A stretch of 64,000 nucleotides of DNA, taken from assembly GCA_951406725.2 (NCBI GenBank), contig OX597817.1:46562001-46626000 (forward strand). Reading direction: 5' to 3'. The DNA is from Octopus vulgaris (lineage: Eukaryota). The notes under the pieces are model-generated. The model was not told the DNA's origin. It saw only the letters and a program-made list of their open reading frames with translations, and ran no database searches. Shown here in pieces: positions 24,560-37,794 of this stretch (position 1 is the stretch's first letter; each line of letters starts with the position of its first letter). The translations under genes and the position numbers were made by a program.

Positions 24560-25780
24560 TCACGTCATTGAAAGTGACACATACCACTTGAAAAATAGCT
24601 GAACTACTATTAACCCGGCGTAAGAAGCGCTGTCCAACGAAGGCTCCTAATCATCAGCATGGAATTTTTACGAAAATATTCAGCTGTAGAAACTGAAGTG
24701 AATATATCAATGACACCATCCATATAAACTCCAAGTAACTACACACATAACGAGGCTTGAGTTTCCGATCAATGTTTGTATATACAAATTCTAAGGAGAA
24801 TTCCCGAAAATTCCATAACAAAAGTGGATTATGAAGGATAAAATAATCTGGTTTAATGCACCCCATTAAGTAAAGGTCAGCAATTTCTTAGCACCAGAAG
24901 CAAAATAATATGAGTCAAATATTCCTGCCTCATCAACCTCGTTTTCAAGATTTCATGCACAACTGACAAATTCAGTAATATTTGTCCTATCTCTTAAGGC
25001 GGCGAGCTGACAGAATCGTTAGCACGCTGGACAAAACGCTTAGCGGTATTTCGTCTGTCGCTACGTTCTGAGTTCAAATTCCGCCGCGGTCGACTTTGCC
25101 TTTCATCCTTTCGGGGTCGATGAAATAAGTACCAGTTACGCACTGGGGTCGATATAATCGACTTAATCCGTTTGTCTGTCCTTGTTTGTCCTCTCTGTGT
25201 TTAGCGCCTTGTGGGTACTAAAGAAATGGGTATTTCGTCTGTCTTTACGTTCTGAGTTCAAATTCCGCCGAGTTCGACTTTGCCTTCTATCCTTTGGAGG
25301 ACGATAAATTAAATACCAGTTGCGTACTGGCGTCGATCTAATCGACTGGCCCCCTCCCCCAAAATTTCTGGCCGTGTGCCTAGAGCAGAAAAGAATATAC
25401 GTAACGCTGTAAGGCGGCGATCCGGCAGAAACCTTAGCATACCGGGCGAAATGCTTAGCAGTATTTCGTCTGCCGTTACGTTCTGAGTTCAAATTCCAAC
25501 GAAGTCGACTTCGCCTTTTATCGTTTCGGGGGGTCGATAGATTAAGTACCAGCTGCGTACTGTTGTCGATCTAATCGATTGCCTGCCCCCTCGCCCCGAA
25601 TTTCGAGCCTTTGCCTACAGTAGAAAAGAATATTTGTCCCATCCCAACAGCAAACATGCAACTGACGAAATCCTTCCACCTTTTCTTCCTGACATTCTTG
25701 CTCACCAAACTAGTGTGATACTGATGATCCCTAACACCTCTGAATAGCATCGAAATACATTATATCATTATGGGATCCTT
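24560..25780 (+). mobile_element. Ancient Penelope-like (Naiad-type) remnant interrupted by a SINE cluster
   Basis: Decayed motifs VRSAVQRRL and KIIWFNAP (cf. KIIWFNPP). A hammerhead-like motif follows at 25716-25767. Confidence 0.4.
24996..25631 (+). mobile_element. SINE-A composite trimer (mixed tails) within one 15-bp TSD
   Basis: aatatttgtcctatc (24977-24991) and aatatttgtcccatc (25629-25643) flank three units. Confidence 0.85.
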
Positions 25781-27286
25781 ATCGCGTATACTTCCAAAGA
25801 TTATCTTGACTATTTTAAATGAAAGAATAAAAAATTAAACTTCCCTATGAATCCGGAAAACAAGAATTAAACATATAAATGTCTTACAATAACTAGGAAA
25901 ATTGTTCCAAAAACTATTCCACTTTTTTTGCATTTTGCAGATTTGCCGACTGTCCGTAAGTGAGAAGTTTCAGATGCTGAAATGGCCAGCTCTATTTCTC
26001 AATACGAGATCAAATATATTATCTAGAAGTTAGCACTGGAAGACTTCTTTCAGAGAAAATTTCGAGACGTCTGTATATCTCAGTCGAAAAAAGAAAATCG
26101 TAGACAACAGGAAATCTATGTATTTCATGGAGGATAAAATTATAGCTGTGAAATGAAACGTGTGGCGATAAATAATTCAATATTATCAATGATCCTTGGC
26201 AACGTTGAGGTGACAAATTCGTCGATATAATCGAAAACGTGATGAAAGGAATTTCATACAGCCCATTATCAACCGAATGTTATTCATTAGACTTCTTATA
26301 ATTTAACTCGTTACCGGCCTGTCTTTTTCAGATTGAAACAGTAAATATTTAATAGACTGCCTGGTGTAAATTTATTTACTGTTTTCATTTTGTTTCCTAC
26401 TTTCACTTTCCGATTGTTTTTTAAACTGTTTATTTCATTATATTGTCTCTATTTCTTATTTCATTGCGTGTTGTTTCTTTCTCACCAGCTGCAAATGTTT
26501 GGTCGAGAACTTTGAAAAGCAGAATTTATAATTCTAGCAAACAAATATCTTATTTTACTTTTTGCAATATCTGATTTTTTTTTTTTTTTTTTTTGTATTT
26601 TATTGTTTACCTTTTAACAATCTGTATAACTAATTTAACTGTAATTTTCTCCCTGTGGAATCAGCAACAGTTCTTGTCTGAAGGCTCTGTAATTTCAATG
26701 CTAGTTGTATGGCTTCGTGAGATTAGTTATTATAATTGAAATAAAATCTAAACAAAAAAAAAAAATACTGATAAACTTCCGTTTTTTATTTTTATATTTA
26801 AGTAAAAATAGCAGTAAATGAACCTCGGAAAATCTCAGTATCTTTTTTATTTTCTCATACAAATTTAATTCTATTTTTTCTCTCCTCGTGAATTAGTCAT
26901 TGCAAATCGAGTCACATTTAACAAATAACAGACACATAATACCGAGAAAAATATAAAGGTAGAAGTATTTGTAAATAATGTCATTGTATATGAAATGGAA
27001 ATTAATTCCTCGAGGCAATAGAGACATTATCCGAGATATATCAGTGAACGTCTTCAACAATAAAATATTAATATTATATTTGATAATTTTATAGACGCCA
27101 TTTTAATCTGAAAGTTACTTATCTTTCAGATTAAAAATGAAGTCTACAAATAGTTGAAATTAATTTCTCTTTCCAGATAACTATCTCTTATTGACACGCT
27201 ATTTTATGACACAGTTATTCATGTATCGAATGATCGAATCGATAGAATGATTTTTCTCACATCACCTGCGAGTTACTAAATAACGT

Positions 27287-27648
27287 GACACTCCGTCGGT
27301 TACGATGACGAGGGTTCCAGTCGATCCGATCAACGGAACAGCCTGCTCGTGAAATTAACGTGTAAGTTGCTGAGCATTCCACAGACACGGTGATCCTTAA
27401 CGTAGATCTCGGGGAAATTCAGTGTGACACAGAGTGTGACAAGGCTGGCCCTTTGAAATACAGGTACAACAGAAACAGGAAGAAAGAGCGAGATAAAGTT
27501 GTGGTGAAAGAATACAGCAGGGTTCACCACTACCCCGTGCCGGAGCTTCGTGGAGCTTTAGGTGTTTTCGCTCAATAAACACTCACAATGCCCGGTCTGG
27601 GAATCGAAACCGTAATCCCATGACCACGAGGCCGCTACCCTAACCACA
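27287..27648 (-). mobile_element. SINE-C (tail type 2)
   Basis: Same head as 23604 but a different 3' half ending ..gtaaccgacggagtg. Confidence 0.8.
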
Positions 27649-28410
27649 GTTACTATATACATTTTAAGATAGATACATCTTTAAAACCCCAGTTTCCCTA
27701 TTTGTAACCGTAAAGCGCCTTAGTTCCACGGCACATTAGTGAATAGTCATGGTAAGACCTGTGTTACAAAGATTGTTTCAAAGGTTTCGAAGCCCTCTTA
27801 ATGCAAGACTGATAATTTTCACTTCCGGAAGATCAAGAGTTTTTTTACACCCCTTTGGTCAGAAGCGAAAGTCTTCCGAATCTGGTGAGAGAAAAGAAAG
27901 ATTTCTATATTCGAACAAATTCCCACGAAAGCTTGCAACAAGATAGACACGGCTAAAAAAGCATCCTAGGATTAGGCGATGATATCATACCAAGAAATGA
28001 TTTGTGGCTATCACCCAAGAAGGCTAAACGATATTTGAAGTCACAACACAAAGAGACCGAACAGCTATCGCAAGACAACTCGCCTCAAGCGACACATTAA
28101 TAATTCTGCCAGTCCAACGACTAACGTTCGAAATTTATTTACCGACCGCGAAACTATAAAACTCGAAATCGATCGAAGTGGATTTGAACTCCGACTACAA
28201 GAAGCCAGAAAATACATTGGATTACATTTTTTCCGTGCGATGCTCTACTGATTCTACTAATTCAACACATAATGCAGCACTGTAACGTTTCTTTTCTTCT
28301 TTTTCAGAGCTGTAAGAGTTATAAATATCAACAATCATGTGATTCGAGATGGTGAACACATGAAACTAACCAAAAAATAATTTTTAAAAATGCTGCTTAT
28401 GATATATATC

Positions 28411-29000
28411 TATTTCTTTACTACCCACAATGGGCTAAGCACAGCGGGGACAAACAAGGATAGACAAACGGATTAAGTCGATTACATCGACCCCAGTGCG
28501 TAACTGGTACTTAATTTATCAACCCCGAAAGGATAAAAGGCGAAAGTCGACCTCGGCGGAATTTGAACTCAGAACGTAACGGCAGTCAAAATACCTCTTT
28601 CTTTACTACCCACTAGGGGCTAAACACAGAGGGGGCAAACAAGGATAGACAAAGGGATTAAGTCGATTACATCGACCCCAATGCGTAAATGGTACGTAAT
28701 TTATCGACCCCGAAAGGATGAAAGGCAAAGTCGACCTCGGCGGAATTTGAATTCAGAACGTAACGGCAGACGAAATACCTCTTTCTTTACTACCCACAAG
28801 GGGCTAAACACAGAGAGGACAAACAAACGGATTAAGTCGAATGTATCGACCCCAATGCGTAACTGGTACTTATTTAATCGACCACGAAAAGATGAAAGGC
28901 AAAGTCGACTTCGTCGGAATTTGAACTCAGAACGTAACGACAGACGAAATACGGCTATGCATTTCTCCCGGCGTGCTAACGACTCTGCCAGCTCGCTGTC
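28411..29000 (-). mobile_element. SINE-A trimer
   Basis: Junctions aaatacc|tctttctttactaccc at 28595 and 28779. Confidence 0.9.
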
Positions 29001-29696
29001 TTTGCTGAGATTTGTATCATATATATCATAATGTGTGCAGTGAATAGAAGATGGTAAGTAGTGAGAAACTAGCAAGAGAAATGTGTTGAGCTGACGTACT
29101 GTAAGATACAGCTAATCACAAAAATAGTGAACACTGAAGTAGTTAGTATATATTATGGAAGACAATAGCTAAATGCGTATGAAAAGATATTATCTTCGGA
29201 CTGATTTTATCAATTTTATTAAATTATATTTTAATTCAGTTTAAAAAAAGAATTTTTAATTGGATTTTGAATAAATTATGAAATTAATTGTTCACGACTG
29301 CAATTTTATCATTCAATTATCTTTAATAGTACTACTACTACTACCTAAATCTCTATTCTGAATGATCGCTTCTATACACCTGCAGATCCAGATGGAACCA
29401 GGTGTAAAGCTAATTAAACATCCTGCCGGTCCAGAAGTCTATGACACTGGCTAGCGGCATGGACTAGAATATCCAGGCGTCGGGCTACAAGGCCCAACAA
29501 TTTGTCTCTATTAATTTATAAACGACGAATGTAAAACTATTAGGTTATTCGGTTTAACAGGTTGCAGGTTCTACAGTCGGTACACGGGGTTTTTGAGACC
29601 ATCACCGAAAACTCTGTGCACGTTCAGCGTAGTTTAAATTAATAACCATAAACATATGCGAACATATATACACTCGTATATCATACACATCTTATA

Positions 29697-29901
29697 CGAT
29701 GACCGGCTGAAAAGTTCCTAGCTTTGGGTAAATGAAAATACTGGAGCGTCGTTTGTTTATCATTTCCCTTCTCAGATCCATATACTTATTGTTGTGGATT
29801 TTAGCTTTATTTTAACCCCTGTAAAAGAACTCGGAAAGTTGGACTTCGAACCCGGCCTTTTGTGATACTCTTAAATTCAGCAACCTTTAAGCACCCCTTC
29901 G
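29697..29901. mobile_element. Degenerate mariner-derived MITE
   Basis: ta|cga..gctgaaaagttcctagcttt ... aaattcagcaacctttaagcaccccttcg|ta: decayed TIRs with TA flanks. Confidence 0.55.
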
Positions 29902-29936
29902 TAGATAGATAGATCGATAGATATAGATAAATAGAC

Positions 29937-29986
<50 letters not shown>

Positions 29987-30057
29987 GTAGGTAGGTAGGT
30001 AGGTAGGTAGGTAGGTAGGTAGGTAGGTAGGTAGGTAGACAGTTAGTTAGATAGACA

Positions 30058-32759
30058 AGTTTCTTTATTGGCCACACAGGGCTGCACACAGATGGGACAA
30101 ATTACAAGGTAGAGCTTTTCTCTTGGGGGATGAAAAAAAAATGGCGTAGGTTTTCGATCAAAAAGGATCGTAAAAGGGAAAAAAGAAAAAAGAAAAAAAG
30201 GAAAAGAAACGAAAAAAAAGAAAAAAGAAAAAAGAAGAAAAAAGAGGAAAAAGGGAAAGAAGAAAAAAAAATTATCAATAGGGATCGTGTATCACAGTGT
30301 CATGATGTACGGTGTAAAGGGTAAGCAGATAAGGTTTATCCGTGGTAAGAAAAGCCTACGACAAAGACCACGGTAACCTCGGTCAATATTGTTATATGTT
30401 ACCACATTTGTTTGCAAGTGGGTAACCCTCTGTTTTCAATTTCTGGGTTCATAGGATTATACTCAAGGTGGCTTCGTCATTCATACGTGCCGTCCTTGCT
30501 ACATTCACCCATCTTTTTTTAAAACATTCGCTAGACAAAACTTGCCTCTCTACTCTCACTTTCCTTTTCAAGTGGTACTTGAAGAAGTTGATGGGAGATT
30601 GACCAGAGAGGAAAGTGTTTGTCTCTAATCCTTTCAGACGCGTCCACCAGATGCATTATTTCGCCATAGCCACAAGGATGATGAAAATAGCTCTTCCTTC
30701 CCGTTTGAAGGAAAGAGGCGTGACAATATTGACGATAGACTCAGCTGATAAACCTACTCGTCCCACACGTGACAGCAGTTGTTCGACATAAGCCCACAGG
30801 TCGGAAATTGTTGGACACTGCACGAGTGCGTGCAGAGCGGTTTCGTCGCTCTGACCGCATCTCGGGCAAGTCGGCCCCGTGTTTCTCGAGCCGTGTCTGT
30901 AGAGCTTATCCCGAACGGGTAGCGCTTCTCGGTAGCACTGCCAGGCCAGGGATCTCTGGAAGTTGTCCATGGGCCCTGGCCCGAAAGTCATCCCGAACAG
31001 GCGGGTCAGGTATTCCTCGTCGACGTCCAGGTTCGCCCCGAGCCCGTCGTCGTACCTCCCCTCCACTAATCCCCTATAGAATGCTTGGGTTGTGATGGAG
31101 TCACTCAAGGTCGACCCGGGACGGCAGAGTTGCTTGAGAGCAACGCGACACTCGCGGTGCCATTCGCCCTTCCTCGGCCTCTTTTTGATCCACGACCGCA
31201 GTTCGGTCATGGAGACGAGCTGCGGGAAAGCGTGCTTCACAAACGGCGACCGCACCTGTTCACCGTCGTCTACGTAGAGCCTGAGATGTCGCAGTCTCAG
31301 CGCGTGTCTCCGCATCATCAACCACGGCATGCCCAGTCCTCCTTTTAACGGGTGTTGACAGCAAATGGATCACCTGACCATCGGGACGCATCCTTTCCAC
31401 AAGAAGAATGCGTTCTAGTTTGGTGATGGTAGGGTCGGGACAAGGCATGACGGTCAGGCGGTAATAGATGACGGACACGATGTACGTGTTCGCCACCTCC
31501 GCCCGAACTTTTAGGGACAGTTTCCTCTCGGCCGGGCGAGAGTGACCACCCTACTCGTTATCCCGTTCCAGTTCTCTCCATTTGGAGGTCCGGACCGAAC
31601 CAGACCTTGACCAACTCGACCGGACCGTCGGTGCAGCGTCCCACAACAGAGGCGCTGGTGGACGGCATGGGCTTGCTTCTCCAGGTGCTTAGTTGCAATC
31701 CCACTGACTTTTCCCTGTTGATTTTCGCTCCTGTCCCCACTTTGTAGTCTTTCAGTGTCTCGCCGACCTGCTCGATATGCTCGTGGCTAGACACTATGAT
31801 GGTAACGTCGTCCGCGTATGCAGACACGCTCGTCCCGCATCCCAGTTCTCGCGGGATGCCCCTCAGAGTTGCCAGCTTCCGCAATAATGGCTCGAGAGTC
31901 AATACGTATAGAAGCGACGAGAGGTGGCATCCCTGACGGACCAAACGTGCAATGTCGAAAGGTCTCGATAGATGTCCATTTACGCGAATTACCGAACGGA
32001 TGCCTCTGTACAAAGCGGCTGTCCAGTCGGGGAAGACTGGACCTAAGCCAGCCGCTCTGAGGACAGCCTCCAAGTATCGATGGTCTACCCTATCGAAAGC
32101 TTTCCAAATTGATCAGCGCCCCACCCATGCCAGGTTCGTTAACTACCCTGTCTATGATGTAGCGCATCAGGTGGAGGTTGTCATGGATGGTCCGGCCCGG
32201 CACGGCGCACGTTTGCGCCTTGTCGACCAGTTTCTCGATGACAAGCGCCAACCTCTTGGCTAACACCTTGGCCAAAATTTTCAAGTCTGCATCCAAATCC
32301 GGCGATTTGTCCCTCGAGCATTCTGCCATCGCGTCCTGCACTTCTGCCGCCGTGATGACACCTTCGCAGCGCCCTGCCCCTCTTGTCGAGAGTCGTGGTA
32401 GGCTGTGTAGGTAGGGAATGAAGTCCACCCTACGTTCTTGCCCGCCACTCGTCCCGAACAGTCGGGCAAAATGCTGCTGAAAGGCTTCACACATTTTACT
32501 TGGCTCGAGCAATTCGCGCCCCTGTTCATCTACCAGAGACCGAATGGTGGATTTGTTACCCTGTTGCGACCTGCCACCCGGGCTGCTCTCGCGGCTCCAA
32601 CACCTTGGTTCCTTAGAGCACGCATCCTAGCTCTGACAGCACACCCTTCGTGTTTGGCGTTGAAGTGTTGGTCGAGGGCCAATCTCGCTGCCAAAACGTC
32701 GGATGCGATGCCGCTTCAAATTGCCTCTTCTAGCTTCTTAACTAGCTCACCCTCTACTC

Positions 32760-32760
<1 letters not shown>
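30058..32760 (-). mobile_element. 5'-truncated Tx1/L1-clade LINE (frameshifted ORF2 + 3' UTR) within (TAGA)n
   Basis: Minus-strand frames give DLKILAKVLAKRL..QTCAVPGRTIHDNL, KAFDRVDHRYL, VRQGCHLSSLLYVLTLEPLL, AYADDVT, CPRCGQSDETALHALVQC. GC-rich. The 3' end is ...gccctgtgtggccaataaagaaac. TAGA-type arrays lie at 29902-30056 and 32760-32860. Confidence 0.92.
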
Positions 32761-32847
<87 letters not shown>

Positions 32848-32943
32848 TAGATAGACAGATATCTAAGTGTGGCGATTGTCACACATTCTGTGCCCTATCA
32901 GTATTTGCAAAGGGAAGTCATCCTTCCCATCTTCAACCTGATG

Positions 32944-32996
32944 TGTTACACACGGATCCGAGTTTCTGAATATTGACTCGTCATCAGTGTGTGACA
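32944..32996 (-). ncRNA. Hammerhead ribozyme-like motif (solo)
   Basis: Minus strand reads tgtcacaca-ctgatga-cgagt-caat-attca-gaaa-ctcggatcc-gtgtgtaaca. Long stem I, intact boxes, imperfect stem III. Confidence 0.55.
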
Positions 32997-33047
32997 ATTG
33001 CTCAGAGATTTCTTATTGCTTATGTATATATATATATATATATCGTA

Positions 33048-33422
33048 GCACTCCGTCGGTTACCATGACGCGGGTTCCAATTGATCCAATCAACAAAAAA
33101 GCCTACTCGTGAAATTAATGGTGCATGTGGCTGAGCACGCCACAGACACGTGAATCCTTAACGTAGTTCTCAGAGAGATTCAGTGTGACACAGAGTGTGA
33201 CAAGGCTGTCCCTTTGAAATACAGGTACAACAGAAACAGGAAGAAAGAGTGAGAGAAATTTGCGGCGAAAGAGTACAGCAGGGATCATCACCACTCCTTG
33301 CCGGAGCCTCGTGGAGCTTTAGGTGTTTTCACTCAATAAATACTCACAACACTCGGTCTGGGAATTGAAACCGCGATCCTTCGACCGCGTGTCCACTGCC
33401 CTGACCACTGAACCATTGCACC
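33048..33422 (-). mobile_element. SINE-C (tail type 2)
   Basis: Collinear with 27287-27648. Confidence 0.82.
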
Positions 33423-33538
33423 TACACACACACACACACACACACAAACACACACAAACACACACATAGACATACATACAAACATACATTCATATCGACA
33501 ACTATTTCCTATAAACATTGGTGCGTTGTTATACCACT

Positions 33539-33613
<75 letters not shown>

Positions 33614-33658
33614 CATATATATATATGTGTGTGTGTGTGTGTCTGTATGTACATATTA

Positions 33659-33698
<40 letters not shown>

Positions 33699-34707
33699 AT
33701 AACAGGCTTTTACACAGTTTTCTGTTTACCAAATCCAATCACAAGGCATTAAAGAATCCGAGGCCACAATAGAAATCTCTCAAGGTGCAGCGCAGAGGGA
33801 CTGAACCTGAAGCCACGTGATTGCAATACGAGATTATTAATGACAGATTTGAGGAACATAGCATAAGGCCTACTGCTAAACAAAGGTTAGTTCTGCCTGC
33901 TCTACAGTGTATTTATGGCATAATTGCCAACTATGTCTAACAGAACGGATGCTCCTATAAATTGCCCCTCCGAGGTATGTAAAGATTTATTAGAAATTCA
34001 ATTTTTGTTGGGTTTTTTTTTCAACTGCAGGTAATTTGGAGCTGCCTTCTCCTTTTATGGCTTCCATTGTTTCTCGCTGTGATGTCCACGCATTCTTTTG
34101 ACACGCGGTACACATTTTCGCTTTGTTTTATCGATGTCCTTGTTTTATAGGATTTTTATGTCCCGCATTTTACTTCAAAACGTTTATGCTCGCCGCTTAC
34201 TTCGGATATTATTTGTTATAGTTTTGTTGTTTAATTCCCTTTAAAGTTTTCCGTTATCTTTCCGGAAACATTTTATTTTATTTGAATTGACTGATTCGTT
34301 TTGCAAATAAGCGTATTGCCCACACTCTGCTTTACATCAGATAAGGTTTTTGATATTTTTTCGTTGCTCTCCTTTCCCTTTGCGATTTTACAGAATCATC
34401 TTCATCCACGTAATATTGATTTATTTTTTGTTTTGAAAGCTTGACATTTTAGTGTACCGTTTGGGAACGAACTTATTCTAGCTGCCTTTATCATTTCTCG
34501 TCTTATATATTCTTTTTTTAATCCTTTCTTTCCAAATCAGATGTGTTAAACTTTTCTGTTTTTGTTGTTGTTAGCTTTCTCCCTTATTTCGAAGTTTGCT
34601 GATTTCCCGTTGTTTTCTTTCTTCCATTTATTTGCTCTATAAACATATCTAATGCACGCTTAACATCTTCGATTAGGGACCTGCTTTATACATATACATA
34701 TACATAT

Positions 34708-34778
<71 letters not shown>

Positions 34779-34877
34779 CGTGCGTACGTATATATATATG
34801 TGTATATATATATGTATATTTATGTATATATATATATATATATTTACACATATATATTTGCATATATATACATATTT

Positions 34878-34913
<36 letters not shown>

Positions 34914-36896
34914 CATATATATTTACATAGATATATTTGCACGCACACACATACACATATATATATTTCGAAGAACGTATAATTTGTTTTCCATTTGTGT
35001 AAATTTTAGCTCCCAAATTTATTTTAGCTTTATGTATCCTATTTTCTAAACGAAAACATTCATTCACTTCTGTTGGTTGCAATTATTCTACCCTATTATT
35101 TCTAATATTTGGCAATGTTGCATCCTTGTTTACGCTTACTTCATATCTTTTATGGTGTAGGCTGAATTGCTTTATGCTATATTTTAGTACGATTTCTGCT
35201 GCATATATATATTGTCCATCTGAGATTAATCAATTGTTATTAAATGTCAGTTGGTACGTTTGTTAAATTCCAACAATTCATTTGTGTTCAAATTCTGTGT
35301 TTGTTTTTCCACGAGATTTGGACATCTGATTCCAAGATAATATGAAAAAAAAGAGTTTAGCTTGGATGAAGAACGAAAACATTTTAAACCGCTAAATGTT
35401 TGACTTCGTTCTACTTCTATTTCACACACTTATTTGTTTTATTTTAACTTAGCGCTCATGAGGTACATGGTGACATTCATTTTGTGTTTTCACTTGTTTA
35501 ATTATCTTTTTCTAAAATTATTCTCGTGGTAATTTTTCAATTTAAATGAGTTTAGGAATCACATCGCCATAATATATACGTAGCCTCATTTACCACTGAT
35601 TCAGTTATCACTGATCCGGGATAAAACAGTACACTCAATTCGGAGACATCGCTAATAGGGAAGCGAAGGCAGCGACTGATTTCTCCGAAAACAGTTTTAA
35701 AAATTGGCGCCTTTTCAACAATTTTTCAAACTATTTAATTTATTTCTGCGATAAACGCCGATTTTTTCTTGCTCTTTTTTTTTGTTAATCGCATGGTCTT
35801 GGAAGAACTTTCTTGAGTCACTTTATTTTACCAGCCTCCTGTGTTTTTGAACTGTCTATCCAATCTACCGTGATGTATTTGTATGTTGTGACAACTACAG
35901 AACCAAGACAAGGCCTGACATCATGACCTTTCAACATAGGACGATCCCACTGGAGTTTCATCTTTTTCATGTCATATCTATATCAGAACTTACAAGTTTC
36001 ATACAAAATGGAATTGTCACCATTGAAATTAATGAATGTAAAATAAAATAAAATAACGTACATTATAACTAATGAAATATGTCGTGTAGTATACGAGAAA
36101 TAAGTGAAAAAAATGTAATGTGTTATAGAGCCCTTTTGGTATTTGCTTGCTTCCCTTAATTTTAGAATTTGATTACGCTACGGACTTAATGGTGAAGTGT
36201 GTTTTACTTATCAAGAATTGATGGGATAACATAGATCGGTGATCAAGTGAATATTCTGCTTGTTCCTCAAAATCACGCCTCAGAAACCATTGATAATTGT
36301 CAACTGCCCAAAATGCGCGGAGTATCGCTTGCGCTTACATGACCGTACTTCATGGCTGCGTAATTTTTTAAAATTTTTATATGGATTTACTTCCTCGTAC
36401 CTATCAACATGGGGCTACTGAACAGAAAAAATCGAAAGTGTTTCGTTCAAACAAACGACACACACAATCGTATTCTCTACAGGTAAAGGTAGAGATGATG
36501 AAGAAATATACGGTGATGGAAACTTCAACGAATCAACTATTTGCATTTGTGAGGATTCACTTATCATCCTGTTCTTGTTTTCGATTTTTTTATTAATCCA
36601 AATCCCCGGGATAAAAGATGATAGATGGTTTTAATATGATGATGGGTCTAGAATGCTGACAGTTTAATGAATTACCTACCGTATACAGGAAATGTTAAAG
36701 TATTTGCAAGCAAAATAGTTGCTATTTTTCCCAATAAGTTACTGATTGAAGATAACAGCCGTGAGTGAAGAAGGTAAAGATAAACAGCTAGTTATAAAAT
36801 TAACATCGAAATCAACTCAAACGCCTTACAATTTATTATAGAAATAATGCCATCCAAAGAATAATTTCAATTAGTGCTAGGCCGCTATTTTCGTTT

Positions 36897-37131
36897 CTTA
36901 TTTTTTATTACCCACAAGGGGCTAAACATAGAGGGGACAAACAAGGATAGACAAACGGATTACGTCGATTACATCGACCCCAGTGCATAACTAGTACTTA
37001 ATTTATTGACCCCCGAGAAGATGAAAGGCAAAGTCGACCTCAGCGGAATTTGAACTCAGAACGTAGCGGCAGACGAGATACCGGTAAGCATTTCACCCGC
37101 GGTGCTAACGCTTCTGCCAGCTCGCCGCCTT
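36897..37131 (-). mobile_element. SINE-A with TSD ctaggccgctatttt
   Basis: Full unit with a 15-bp direct repeat on both sides. Confidence 0.85.
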
Positions 37132-37794
37132 ACTAGGCCGCTATTTTTGTTACTACTAGCTTCTTGTGCCAGCTTTTTTCTCTATTTCGTTATTGTTAAT
37201 TTGCTCTTCTCTTTTCCTTTTGTTTGATTTTCCCAGGAGATTTTATAACCATGTTTCCTTGTAGGTGTGAATGTCTAGAAGACATTGTAATTTCCATTGT
37301 ACTATTGCTACTTCACATCGTTACTGCAATTGTTGTTATTACCTTAATAAATTCACGAAGTTTCTCAACCGTCACCAGCAGATTTATGCCCGCATGCTGT
37401 GAGACGAGCAGAAGTGTCATACGCAACCTTCTATATGCGAGGAAAGCAGTGAATTCAACCATTATGAATGGAATTGCAGACATATCTTTCCTCTTGTGGA
37501 ATATTATAGAGCGTTCCAGATCTCTGTTGGTATTTTTCCCACTTATTCTTTTGATCGTCCCAGCGTGAAAAACTGAACAGCACAGATCGGTTGGCGACAC
37601 ATTATTATGTATAATTTTCTTTCTTTCCTGTATCAATACTAGTATTTGAAAGGTCCTTTGCAACGCAGCAACAAACCCGGATGTTCTTTTTCCATAAAAT
37701 TAAACGTAGTAAATCCACTTCTCCTATGGAACTATGTCAGCTACTTGTTTTCATTGCTAACGACAAAAAACCTCAATGGTAACAGCAGTAACAT

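Noticed and set aside
36381-36596. ORF with a weak HTH/pogo-like start (SYSLQVKVEMMKKY)
   Set aside because: Too short, with no TIRs or DDE motifs seen.
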